Positions 49,874 to 58,831 of a stretch of DNA of 64,000 bases are shown one piece after another. This DNA is from Thermodesulfobacteriota bacterium (GTDB taxonomy: Bacteria > Desulfobacterota > Desulfobacteria > Desulfobacterales > C00003060). Each line of letters opens with the position of its first letter. Position 1 is the first letter of the stretch. The notes beneath the pieces were generated by a model, which did not search any database, was not told the origin of the DNA, and saw nothing but the letters and a program-made list of their open reading frames with translations. The stretch is taken from positions 64,001 to 128,000 of the forward strand of contig JAXHVD010000004.1 of NCBI GenBank assembly GCA_034189385.1, read 5' to 3'. The translations under genes and the position numbers were made by a program.

Positions 49874-52300
49874 ATGAAAAGCAAAGCAACCGTTTGTTTC
49901 TCTCTGTTTCTATTGATCATCGTGACTCCTTGTTTTGTTTTTCAAAAACAGCCTGCTTCTGGACTTGCCCTGGCCGCAAGCCGAGATCCGGGGGACGTGG
50001 GATATGAATATCTGGAGGGTGAAGAAGAACAACGTTGCCCAAATTACAGCCATGTAGAGGTTCTGGATTCAACGGCTGAATCTGTCATGCTGCGATTTTC
50101 CCTCGGAGAAATGGACATTGGTTCCATGGAAATGGCAGATGGGAACCAATACCATACCATCATGGACCCGAGCCCCGAAGCTGGAACCTTTGAAGTGGGA
50201 AAACCGGCAGTTCCCGTATTCGGCTACTGGATTCTGATCCCAAATGGAACAGAACCGGAACTGGTCATTGATCCTGGGGGTTGCGCGATCATAGACGCTA
50301 TTCACCTGAAACCGGTACAACCCTCTGCCTACGCCCTGGACGATGAAAACATCATCCCCCCTTTTACCAAAGATGAAGAGGCATACGCTGCAGACAGGAG
50401 ATACCCCGGTGTATTGGCCGAACTGGGGCCCACGGAGATCGTTCGCGGCCAGCAATGCGCCCTTCTTTGGATCTATCCCTATCAATACAATCCGACACAA
50501 GAAAGGACCTATGCCTATCACTCCCTTGCAATAGCCATTCACTTCCATGGCCACATCATGCCAAAGCCCGACAATTTTTTTGATCCCCTTTTTCGCCGGG
50601 TGTCGCTTAATGGAGATGCCGTCATCTCGGCTGAAGACGAAGCAAAAGGACTGTTGGAGCCGCCTCCTCATGAGGTCTATCCCAAAGGCTCCTACGGCTG
50701 GGATTATATTATTGTGACACACCCTGACTTCAAGGCAGCGGCCCAGGACATGGCGGCCTGGAAAAAGCAATGTGGGTTCAAGACAGCCATCTATATGAAG
50801 CATCATCTAAAGGCCCAGGACATCAAGAATGTCCTCAAGGACGGGTTTGACCGCTGGGACATTAAGCCCAAGTATGTTCTTATTATCGGCGACGCAGAGT
50901 ATGTGCCCACCAACTATAAGACGGAACACGGCATGAACAAAGGAAAGATCGGGACGGATCTCTATTATACAACGTTGAATACAGGCCCCAGTCTGGATCA
51001 AACGGACTATCAGCCGGACATTTACATTGGAAGAATCTCTGTTGATACGGACGGCCAGGCCAAAAGGAGGGTAAAGGCCATCATCAACTATGAAGAAACC
51101 CCCACCATGAATAGCCACTTTTACAACAACGTGGCCCTGTGTACCTATTTTCAGGACGGGGGTAATTACTCCATGGACGGCGTTAAGAAGTATTTTCAGC
51201 CCAATGGTGTTGAAGATGGGATGTTCTGCAGGACAACGGAAAAACTGGCTGTATATCTGTCAGATGGAAAGCACAAGATCAAGAAATCCGTCAACAGAAT
51301 TTACTACACGGAAAACAATGTCACGCCAGCCAAGTGGGGTTTTTCTGAAAGCCCCAGCAGTACGCAGGGGACTCCGATCCCCGCCTATCTTCAAAGACCC
51401 CATTTCGGGTGGAGCGGATACCACGTGGACATAACCAATGCCGTCACTTCCGGCGCTTTTCTGGTGACACATTTTGATCATGGGGGCAGACAGGAGTGGG
51501 TCCATCCGGCCTATGAATGGTCAGACGCGTACCTCCTATTTAACTTCTCTTTGCTGCCTGTGGTCTGGAGCGCAAATTGCCAAACGGGCTGGTTTGATAA
51601 TGAGACAGATGACCCCAAGGCAAACACAAAGGCCTCGGAGGAGTGTTTCAGTGAATACTGGGAAAGACCTGCCTACAGTGTCTACGGGGATTGCGGCGCC
51701 GTAGGGATCATTGCAGGAACACGGATAACCTGGAACGAATACAATTCCTATCTGCTCCAGGGATGGACCGATGCCATCTGGCCCGGGCTCTTGCCCACAT
51801 CTTCTCCCGCAGACCTTCGCGTACTGGAAATGGGCCCTGTGCTCTGTGCCGGCAAATTCTATATGGCGACAAAAGTCAAGGAGGAGACCAAATATACGGG
51901 AGCGTCAAAAACAACCACAGAGAAGATAAGAAAGCACTATGAGATGTATCATTGGTTTGGCGATCCCTCCATGGAAATCCGAACGGAAAAGCCCAAATAC
52001 GTCTACGCCCAGATCCCCCAAGTGTTGTCCTTGAGTGACTACCTGAAGCAGTTCACTGTGAATGTGCATTTCATAAATGAGCATCACGAACACCTGGGTC
52101 CTGCGTCGGGCGCCAAGGTCACCATCTCCAAGATCGATGCCCCTCTTGACGATTATTCCAACTATTTCGTGGGCGTCACCGATGAAGAAGGCGCAGTCCA
52201 CTTTAATGAAGCCGCCATGAGCACACCAGGGCAATACACGGTGACCATCACCGCATCAAATGGTGTCCCCTTTCAGGACCTATTGACGATGGAGGAATAG
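49874..52300 (+). CDS. C25 (gingipain-like) cysteine peptidase with propeptide
   Basis: Signal peptide; propeptide GKPAVP; YVLIIGD, DIYIGRI; catalytic DHG and ANCQTG; FGDP. Confidence 0.85.
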   Translation: MKSKATVCFSLFLLIIVTPCFVFQKQPASGLALAASRDPGDVGYEYLEGEEEQRCPNYSHVEVLDSTAESVMLRFSLGEMDIGSMEMADGNQYHTIMDPSPEAGTFEVGKPAVPVFGYWILIPNGTEPELVIDPGGCAIIDAIHLKPVQPSAYALDDENIIPPFTKDEEAYAADRRYPGVLAELGPTEIVRGQQCALLWIYPYQYNPTQERTYAYHSLAIAIHFHGHIMPKPDNFFDPLFRRVSLNGDAVISAEDEAKGLLEPPPHEVYPKGSYGWDYIIVTHPDFKAAAQDMAAWKKQCGFKTAIYMKHHLKAQDIKNVLKDGFDRWDIKPKYVLIIGDAEYVPTNYKTEHGMNKGKIGTDLYYTTLNTGPSLDQTDYQPDIYIGRISVDTDGQAKRRVKAIINYEETPTMNSHFYNNVALCTYFQDGGNYSMDGVKKYFQPNGVEDGMFCRTTEKLAVYLSDGKHKIKKSVNRIYYTENNVTPAKWGFSESPSSTQGTPIPAYLQRPHFGWSGYHVDITNAVTSGAFLVTHFDHGGRQEWVHPAYEWSDAYLLFNFSLLPVVWSANCQTGWFDNETDDPKANTKASEECFSEYWERPAYSVYGDCGAVGIIAGTRITWNEYNSYLLQGWTDAIWPGLLPTSSPADLRVLEMGPVLCAGKFYMATKVKEETKYTGASKTTTEKIRKHYEMYHWFGDPSMEIRTEKPKYVYAQIPQVLSLSDYLKQFTVNVHFINEHHEHLGPASGAKVTISKIDAPLDDYSNYFVGVTDEEGAVHFNEAAMSTPGQYTVTITASNGVPFQDLLTMEE

Positions 52301-52319
52301 AGAACAAATAAAACAGGAA

Positions 52320-52537
52320 ATGACTGAGAGTCAGAGGCAGGCGATGGCTTTGGTCTTCTTGCGGACGTAGGGACAAAGAACCCAGATCTGCCCATTATCC
52401 TCTACAGCGCTTACGATTCCTACAGAGATGACGCAAGGTCCACCCCGGCGGACGACTACGTGGTGAAATCGCATGATCTAGCGGAGCTCAAGGTGTCCAT
52501 AGCCAAGGCCATGGCGCAGAATACTTCGACGTGCTGA
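52320..52537 (+). pseudogene. Response-regulator receiver remnant
   Basis: DGFGLL...PDLPIILYSAYDSY...ADDYVVKS; no intact N-terminus. Confidence 0.6.
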
Positions 52538-52860
52538 CAAATCTGCGAACCATTCCTGGCCCCTTCCTTAAACCCATAGCCTGACTACCTCTCCGTCCAC
52601 TCTCCACAGAGAAGACAGTCATAACGCTTTAAGAGGTGCTCCTCTCGACGATATGAACGTGGCGATCACGCCGTACGGGAAGAGAAGATACCGTTTGTGG
52701 TCAGGCATCCCCCGTTTCTCTTCATTCAGCAAGAGAGCCCAACCAGGAAGACTCCTGATTGCCATACGACATGTGGTATTGCCGACCCTAATCCTCTCCA
52801 ACATGTAGGAAGCAGGCCCTTTGGAGTTGAAATGTCCGACCAGGTGTCTTATCACGACCT

Positions 52861-53853
52861 ATGAAGATAGGAGGCCTTACCCTAGACAACCCTCTCATTC
52901 TTGCCCCCATGGCCGGCATCACCCAGCTTCCCTTGAGACTGCTGGCCAAGGAAGCGGGATGCGCCCTTGTCGTCACCGAGATGGTGAGCGCAAACGGTCT
53001 TATCCATCGTGGGAAAAAGACCTTGGAACTTCTAAGAAGCCATCCTGCGGAACGGCCTCTTTCTGCCCAGATATTCGGGGCCAACCCGGAGGTCATGGCC
53101 GAGGCGGCCCAGATCGTCCAGGCACAAGGGGCAGACCTCCTTGACATCAATATGGGCTGCTCTGTCCGCAAGGTGGTAAAGCAGGGGGCCGGAGCAGCTC
53201 TGATGGCCGAACCAGATCGGCTGGAAGCCATCTTAAAGGCCGTCCGCAGTGCTGTGAGACTCCCTTTAACCATCAAGCTCCGCTCAGGCTGGGATCCCTC
53301 AGGAGACCAAGCCGTTAAGGTTGCCCGCATGGCTGAAGACTGTGGAGTGGAGGCAGTGGCTATTCATCCCAGGACAGCCCTTCAAGGCTTTGGTGGAAGG
53401 GCTGATTGGTCTTTGATCGCCCGCGTCAAGGATGCTGTCTCCATGCCGGTGATCGGCAATGGAGATGTGTGCACACCAAATGATGTGATCAAGATACAAC
53501 AGCAAACCGGATGCGATGGCGTTATGATCGGACGGGCTGCCATTGGTAATCCTTGGATTTTCAGCCAGGCCCTCGACATGCTCCACGGACGCCCTGCCCA
53601 AATGCCAGATCTGTCCGCACGCCTTGGCGTCACCTTGCGTTACATTGAATCATCTGTCAGTCATTTTGGCGAATTCAGGGCCGTGCGCATGATGCGAAGC
53701 AAACTTGCATGGTTCGTCAAAGGGCTTCCAAGGGCCAGTGGTTTCCGCAGCGCTATCGTGCGCCTGCAATCTTTCCAGGAAATGACGGATGCCGTTCGTA
53801 CCTATTTTGAGGGGCTTCAGACCTCAACTGAACCATTCCGTCGCTATCCGTAA
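52861..53853 (+). CDS. dusB: tRNA-dihydrouridine synthase DusB
   Basis: LAPMAG, DINMGC, IHPRT, VIGNGD, MIGRAAIGNPWIF. Confidence 0.93.
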   Translation: MKIGGLTLDNPLILAPMAGITQLPLRLLAKEAGCALVVTEMVSANGLIHRGKKTLELLRSHPAERPLSAQIFGANPEVMAEAAQIVQAQGADLLDINMGCSVRKVVKQGAGAALMAEPDRLEAILKAVRSAVRLPLTIKLRSGWDPSGDQAVKVARMAEDCGVEAVAIHPRTALQGFGGRADWSLIARVKDAVSMPVIGNGDVCTPNDVIKIQQQTGCDGVMIGRAAIGNPWIFSQALDMLHGRPAQMPDLSARLGVTLRYIESSVSHFGEFRAVRMMRSKLAWFVKGLPRASGFRSAIVRLQSFQEMTDAVRTYFEGLQTSTEPFRRYP

Positions 53854-53862
53854 GGGGGAGAA

Positions 53863-54132
53863 ATGACGGGTCTTTTATTCATTGACGATGAGGAAGGGGT
53901 GCGCCGCTCAATCATTCGAGCGCTAAAAAGGGAACCATATACCGTCTATACAGCTGAAGAAGGGGAGACAGGAATCCGACTGGTTGAAAACGAACCCTCC
54001 AAGATCACCATTGTGGTTTCAGATTACAAGATGCCAGGGCTTGACGGCCTAGAGACGCTGGCACGCATTGCCGCTATCAACCCTGAAGTCACCCGCATCT
54101 TGCTCACCGGTTACGCCACCATGGAAAGATAA
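53863..54132 (+). pseudogene. Response-regulator (REC) gene truncated by element insertion
   Basis: FIDDE...SDYKMPGLDG...LLTGYATME then an immediate stop and a switch to AT-rich sequence; the REC fold is incomplete (no KP motif). Confidence 0.8.
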
Positions 54133-54207
54133 ATAAAAAAGACATGAATAATATAATAGTGCTCTCGCTGTAGCTGAATCAAATTATAAATAGTTTATAT
54201 TTAAAGC

Positions 54208-54248
54208 AAAGTCTGCCGTTAATTTTTCGGTGGGCTTTTGTATTTTTT
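54208..54248 (+). terminator. Terminator insulating the element from dusB read-through
   Basis: AAAGTCTGCCG...CGGTGGGCTTT followed by a T-rich tail. Confidence 0.65.
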
Positions 54249-54260
54249 GGGGGAAATTTT

Positions 54261-54288
54261 TTCGACTCTTCAAAAAGCATGTTATAAT
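54261..54288 (+). promoter_or_regulatory. Sigma70 early promoter with extended -10
   Basis: TTCGAC-16 bp-TATAAT preceded by TG. Confidence 0.7.
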
Positions 54289-54423
54289 ATTATGAGGAGC
54301 TGGAGATAACGTAAGAAGCTAAAAAAAACAATTCTGAAGGCCTCGTCGGGGAATCAAACTCCTAAGCGTTATCTCCTCCCGGCGGGGCCTTTTTTATTCT
54401 GTGATGAAAGGAGGTGAGAGAGG

Positions 54424-54582
54424 ATGGACGAAACTTTAGAAGAACGAGAACAGCTGGCCCACGAGGAAGCGAAACTCATAGCTCACGAGGAGGCTAAACA
54501 GGGCCAAGATTATGAGGAAGCCTATGAGGAAGCCTATGAGTCAGCATACAACGAGGCGTACCAAGAAGCTATGACGGACTAA
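54424..54582 (+). CDS. 52-aa highly acidic protein (not in the ORF track)
   Basis: MDETLEEREQLAHEEAKLIAHEEAKQGQDYEEAYEEAYESAYNEAYQEAMTD; RBS AAAGGAGGTG. Confidence 0.75.
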   Translation: MDETLEEREQLAHEEAKLIAHEEAKQGQDYEEAYEEAYESAYNEAYQEAMTD

Positions 54583-54600
54583 AGCAAAGGAGGAAATACA

Positions 54601-54966
54601 ATGAGTAACGAGGAAGAAGTAGAAAGAAGACATTGGTTGGAAGGGTATGTCAATGATGAAGATATGTCCGGTGAACCCACGTCACCGGCGGAGAAGCAGT
54701 ACGAAGATGCGCTTTGGAAAATGGGCTTCCAATATAGTCTTACAGATACAGGTTTAGTCTATAAAACTTGGGATGCTCAAGAGGCCACAGAAATCGTGGC
54801 TAAGGTGGCCGCGGTCGTTAGGGAATTGGAATTGGACGAAGATGCGTTTAGCCTGAGTCACACTATTCAACCCCAGTGCCCAAAGTGCGGAAGCCTTGGC
54901 CGTTTTTCTGATTTTCATTGTAGGGATTGTGGGGCTGAACTTTTGCCGAGTGAGTATTGTGACTGA
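54601..54966 (+). CDS. Acidic protein with C-terminal zinc ribbon
   Basis: CPKCG...CRDCG; RBS AAGGAGG. Confidence 0.75.
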   Translation: MSNEEEVERRHWLEGYVNDEDMSGEPTSPAEKQYEDALWKMGFQYSLTDTGLVYKTWDAQEATEIVAKVAAVVRELELDEDAFSLSHTIQPQCPKCGSLGRFSDFHCRDCGAELLPSEYCD

Positions 54967-55060
54967 ACTACTACAATAATTTTTGGGTGGGCGCTCCTGG
55001 AGGGTTTTGCCAGTCTCCTTCCCTTCGGGGGCGCTCCACCACACGATGAAAGGAGGTGAA

Positions 55061-56108
55061 ATGAGTTTTGAGTCAGTATTTCCACCAGACTATAAGCCGG
55101 GTTTGACTGTTCGGGGTGGCCCAGGAAAGCACAAAAGGATGGCTGAGAATCGCCAAGAAACGCTCACGAAGATTCGGGAGATCGACAGCCAAATTGACTT
55201 CAAGATGACGCTCCGTGGCTGGTGTTACATGTTAGAGCAAGAATGGGGCTTGGCCAAGTCCGACTTCAGCACTAAGGCAATGCGGTATTTCGGTGAGTAC
55301 CGAGAACGTGGGCAACTTCCCTTGGACTTCTGCCTCGAAGACGACAACCGAGCATTCAGCCAAGGAGAATCGCTTGTCGATGCCGTAGCACCTGATGACT
55401 TCGTGCAAGACGCTTTTGCTTCCTTGCGCGACATTCACACGTACTACAAGCCGCTATCCTTTTGGAACAACCAGAAATACTATATCGAGATGCTAGTTGA
55501 AAAGGCGGACCTCGTTTCACTATTCCGACCTATCTGCTCCAAGTTCAATATCCGAATTGCTAACACTCATGGAAATGCCAGCTATGGTCAGCGCTATGCC
55601 ATGATAAACCGCTTTCGGCAACATGAAGAAGAAGGTCGCAAGCCGGTGCTCTTGTATTGCGGCGACCATGACCCAAGTGGATTGATGATAAGCGATAGGC
55701 TAAAGCATAATTTCAAAAAACTGGAACTGGCAACAGGATGGAGCCCAGACAATCTGCTCATTGACAGGTTTGGGCTAAACTATGACTTCATTGAGAAGCA
55801 CAATCTTTCTTGGATTGACAGCTTGATAACGGCTTCTGGCGAGAATCTCGCTAGCTCGCGACACCATGACTATAAAAAAGCCTACGTGCAGAGCTACATC
55901 AATGAGTATGGTTGCAGAAAAGTTGAGGCAAATGCCATTGTAGTGAGACCGGAGATGGGGCGTAAACTTTGTTATTACAATTCTGCGCTACATCGACCTT
56001 CATGCCGTTGAGAATTTTAAATCTCAGATAAAGGATTCACAGCGAGTAGTTAGAACTTTAACTGAGGATATCCTTGAAGCTGTGGCGGTGGCGTTTATTC
56101 CATCATGA
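55061..56108 (+). CDS. Spo11/Top6A-like (WHD plus Toprim) protein; +1 frameshift near 55970
   Basis: MTLRGWCY WHD motif; Toprim MLVEK...G...YCGDHDPSG; VEANA; the +1 frame continues VITILRYIDLHAVENFK to TGA at 56108. Confidence 0.7.
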
Positions 56109-56223
56109 AGAGGCATTAGGAAAAAGGAGGCAAGAGAGATTTGGTACAAAAAAGTACCAAAGATAACCCCAAGAGAAAACACACAAAACCGGAGACAAAA
56201 AAACAGTTAGAGGAGGCAAGACA

Positions 56224-56790
56224 ATGACAAAAGACGGTAAAAAAGCGGTGGTCGTTTGGCTAGGAACAGATCCATTTCATGCTGAGAAATGCTGGCCTGC
56301 CGCCGCGAAGAGGCTTGGTTATGATGTTATCACTGAGAAAGACGTTAGGCAAGGTATTAGTCTGATGACAGCCGAACACCTTCAAGTACCACGTCGCAAT
56401 TACGAAGATCACGGTATAGACACACCTTACAACCATTGCAGGCAGTGCGGATGCTTTTTATGGGATGCACCGGGGCCATCACTGCTGGAAAGATGGAGCA
56501 AGCTATTTTTAAAAGCACATGAAATCGCTCAAAAGGTGGGCATGTCAATCGGCAAATACTACACTGCCCGAAATGGCTGGATAAGTGGTCGCACCTGGAC
56601 GGATGCTGAAGCGATAGAGGCAGTATGCCAAGACGAATATATAAGTGCACTGTGCGATTGGCTATTTATTATAAACGGTGAAGACATCCCCACTCTCGAA
56701 AAACCAGTCAAGGATGCCCGAATTACGCCTGATATTATTGAATGGCAAGATAGGGCGAATCAATACTTGGCAGATATTGGTCGGTGGTAA
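56224..56790 (+). CDS. Hypothetical protein
   Basis: 188-aa ORF with GAGGAGG RBS and CRQC motif; followed by a terminator-like hairpin at about 56833-56872. Confidence 0.7.
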   Translation: MTKDGKKAVVVWLGTDPFHAEKCWPAAAKRLGYDVITEKDVRQGISLMTAEHLQVPRRNYEDHGIDTPYNHCRQCGCFLWDAPGPSLLERWSKLFLKAHEIAQKVGMSIGKYYTARNGWISGRTWTDAEAIEAVCQDEYISALCDWLFIINGEDIPTLEKPVKDARITPDIIEWQDRANQYLADIGRW

Positions 56791-57045
56791 GGCTATTGGG
56801 TGAGATGATTAACACATCACACTCAACACACATGGGGCGGCGCTCAGAGTTCTGGTGCCGCCTCTGTTGTTTGGTGCTTTGTTGGGAACCGTGAAAAACG
56901 ACAAAAAACATGAAAGCTCTCTTTTTGGGCGCACTTTTTTTATAAGTATTTGTTTTTACTAGCTGTGAAATTAGCCTTGTCAATAATGCAATCTTCGAGA
57001 TCGCTTATTATATTAAAAATAAAAAGATTAAAGAGGTGTAGTCAA

Positions 57046-57243
57046 ATGAAGTCAAGGCTATGGGCAGTGTTACAAAACAGGAAACTGGAACAAAAGAAAG
57101 TCGCCGCCGAGCTGGGTCTGCACCATGTACGGTTGAACCAACTGTGCAACGGTAGGGAGCCGACCAGATTGGAGGCGAAAAAAATATGTGAGCATTTTAG
57201 TATGGATGAAAGCGACCTATTTTCACCAGTCCTATTTTTGTAA
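57046..57243 (+). CDS. XRE/Cro-like HTH regulator
   Basis: LEQKKVAAELGLHHVRLNQLCNGREP...KICEHF; RBS AAGAGGTG. Confidence 0.8.
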   Translation: MKSRLWAVLQNRKLEQKKVAAELGLHHVRLNQLCNGREPTRLEAKKICEHFSMDESDLFSPVLFL

Positions 57244-57255
57244 GGAGCACAATTT

Positions 57256-57417
57256 ATGAACACAGACTATCTTCAGGAGAAATACCCGCTTCAACGCGTT
57301 GCGGAAAACCCTGTAAGGAACGGCCCGGGGATTGTGTGGCTGCTCGCGAAGCAGATCGAGACCAACAGCCTATTGAAAGCGATTTTGAAAGAACTAAAAA
57401 AAGATACAGATGAGTAA
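57256..57417 (+). CDS. 53-aa hypothetical protein
   Basis: MNTDYLQEKYPLQRV...LLKAILKELKKDTDE; RBS TAAGGAG. Confidence 0.55.
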   Translation: MNTDYLQEKYPLQRVAENPVRNGPGIVWLLAKQIETNSLLKAILKELKKDTDE

Positions 57418-57551
57418 AACAGTTTTCACTGGACAAGGCTTTGCAAACCTTGCCCACAATCACCAACCGCCGCAGTCGGTAGGAATGACTTCTGACCTCC
57501 TAGTCTGGGTCCTTCCTCCGGCTGTGGTCACAATCAGACTAGGAGGAAGAT

Positions 57552-58166
57552 ATGCGAAGGAATGGGAAACAACCGAACGAGATCAACAAGGCCAAGATTG
57601 CTCAAGCTAGGAGCCAGCTTCTTAGGTGGCCAAAAGATGTGGTCAGCGCGGTTGTGGGTGACGTTTTCGAGATACTTGCACAAGAGGATGAGTTCTCCGC
57701 TGTCCGGGTTTCTGCTAAACCCTATAAATGGCCACAGTGGATTTACAGTACCAAAAAGCTTCGACACGTGATGAACAGGACTAGATTTCAAGACATGTAT
57801 AATTATCTTTGGCTCAACAAGTTCCCCTTCATCAAGAGGCATTCACACGTGTTCCTGAAGGTGGGGGCTGATGCAGCCGACATCCTGGTGAAGATACGAA
57901 CAAAGGACATGGCCAACAACCTGGACCCTCCTTGTTCGAAACAACTCGTGAATAAGTATTTGGCCTATTTCTCGCGTATCGGGATAATCGAAAAACGGGG
58001 CATCATTGCGTATCAGAACGTGTATTGCATCGCGAAACAGGGAAGCTTTCATGAGGTGATTTCAGACAATGGGACAAAACAGGTGGTGGAAAGGCCAAGA
58101 GTTCTGCCACTGCTTACGGCGAAGGCAAAGAGGGAGATCGAAGGTTTTGACACTATTTTCTCATAG
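57552..58166 (+). CDS. Putative replication initiator / wHTH DNA-binding protein
   Basis: Basic protein with wHTH-like SKQLVNKYLAYFSRIGIIEK; immediately followed by an origin-like palindrome cluster. Confidence 0.45.
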   Translation: MRRNGKQPNEINKAKIAQARSQLLRWPKDVVSAVVGDVFEILAQEDEFSAVRVSAKPYKWPQWIYSTKKLRHVMNRTRFQDMYNYLWLNKFPFIKRHSHVFLKVGADAADILVKIRTKDMANNLDPPCSKQLVNKYLAYFSRIGIIEKRGIIAYQNVYCIAKQGSFHEVISDNGTKQVVERPRVLPLLTAKAKREIEGFDTIFS

Positions 58167-58169
58167 CTC

Positions 58170-58400
58170 TCATTATTCAGTACTGAATAATGAAATTATT
58201 CAGTGTGAAGTCACTGAATAATGGGAATCTTTGGGATATATTATAATAACTAGGGCTTAAGCAATGGCGGACCTTAATGTAATATATAATCTAATTCAAG
58301 TACCCTGTATATATATCAGCTTTTCCTTATACACTTTTCTCCTTCCAAGTATTCAGGAAGAAAAGTGTATAGGAAGTGGCGCTAAAGCGCCACCTCCTTT
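58170..58400. repeat. Origin-like cluster of palindromes
   Basis: Perfect 24-bp palindrome TCATTATTCAGTACTGAATAATGA; ATTATTCAGTG-6-CACTGAATAAT; TATACACTTTTCT/AGAAAAGTGTATA; GTGGCGC-TAAA-GCGCCAC; AT-rich spacer. Confidence 0.75.
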
Positions 58401-58529
58401 TATTTATTCGTTCTGCTTAAATAGAGGGAGTGGTCCTGAATGAAACACAACCCGGTCCTGAAGAACACTAATCGACAAGGTGTCGCGCGCCGCTGCTGCT
58501 GGTGGTGGCAAAGGAGGAACTAGCAGACA

Positions 58530-58685
58530 TTGAAGACTACAGATCCCACTGAAAAGATATGCTGGCGCTGCCGCAGGGAGCATGAAGGACCATGCCCCTA
58601 TGCCGCCCATGCAACCGTTGACGACAAACACACCGGCGCTGATTGCTACATTGCGCCGGGCACAGAGGAGGACAAGAAGGAGTGA
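58530..58685 (+). CDS. 51-aa Cys/His-rich small protein (TTG start)
   Basis: KICWRCRREHEGPCPY...ADCY; AAGGAGG upstream; GTGA overlap with the next gene. Confidence 0.45.
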   Translation: MKTTDPTEKICWRCRREHEGPCPYAAHATVDDKHTGADCYIAPGTEEDKKE

Positions 58686-58831
58686 ATAAAAGTACGGGAC
58701 GATGGATCGAGCCCATTGTAAAACCGGACCCCGAAGTGCAAGAGCTTCAGAAACGCTCGGGCAACTTTGACCCCCCGGTCAAGAGAAGACCAGGAAGACC
58801 AAAGGGGTCAAAGACCAAGAAGAAGAAATGA
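58682..58831 (+). CDS. Small basic AT-hook protein
   Basis: KRRPGRPKGSK; ATGA overlap with terL. Confidence 0.55.
   Translation: MNKSTGRWIEPIVKPDPEVQELQKRSGNFDPPVKRRPGRPKGSKTKKKK

Noticed and set aside
669..53633. Numerous antisense and overlapping ORFs in the six-frame track
   Set aside because: Shadow ORFs of GC-rich genes with no motifs or RBS.
52861..53853. dus-associated integrase island
   Set aside because: dusB appears intact, the insertion is in the next gene, and no tyrosine integrase is seen.
54509..54570. TATGAGGAAGCC repeats as iterons
   Set aside because: Explained by the YEEA repeats of the 52-aa ORF.
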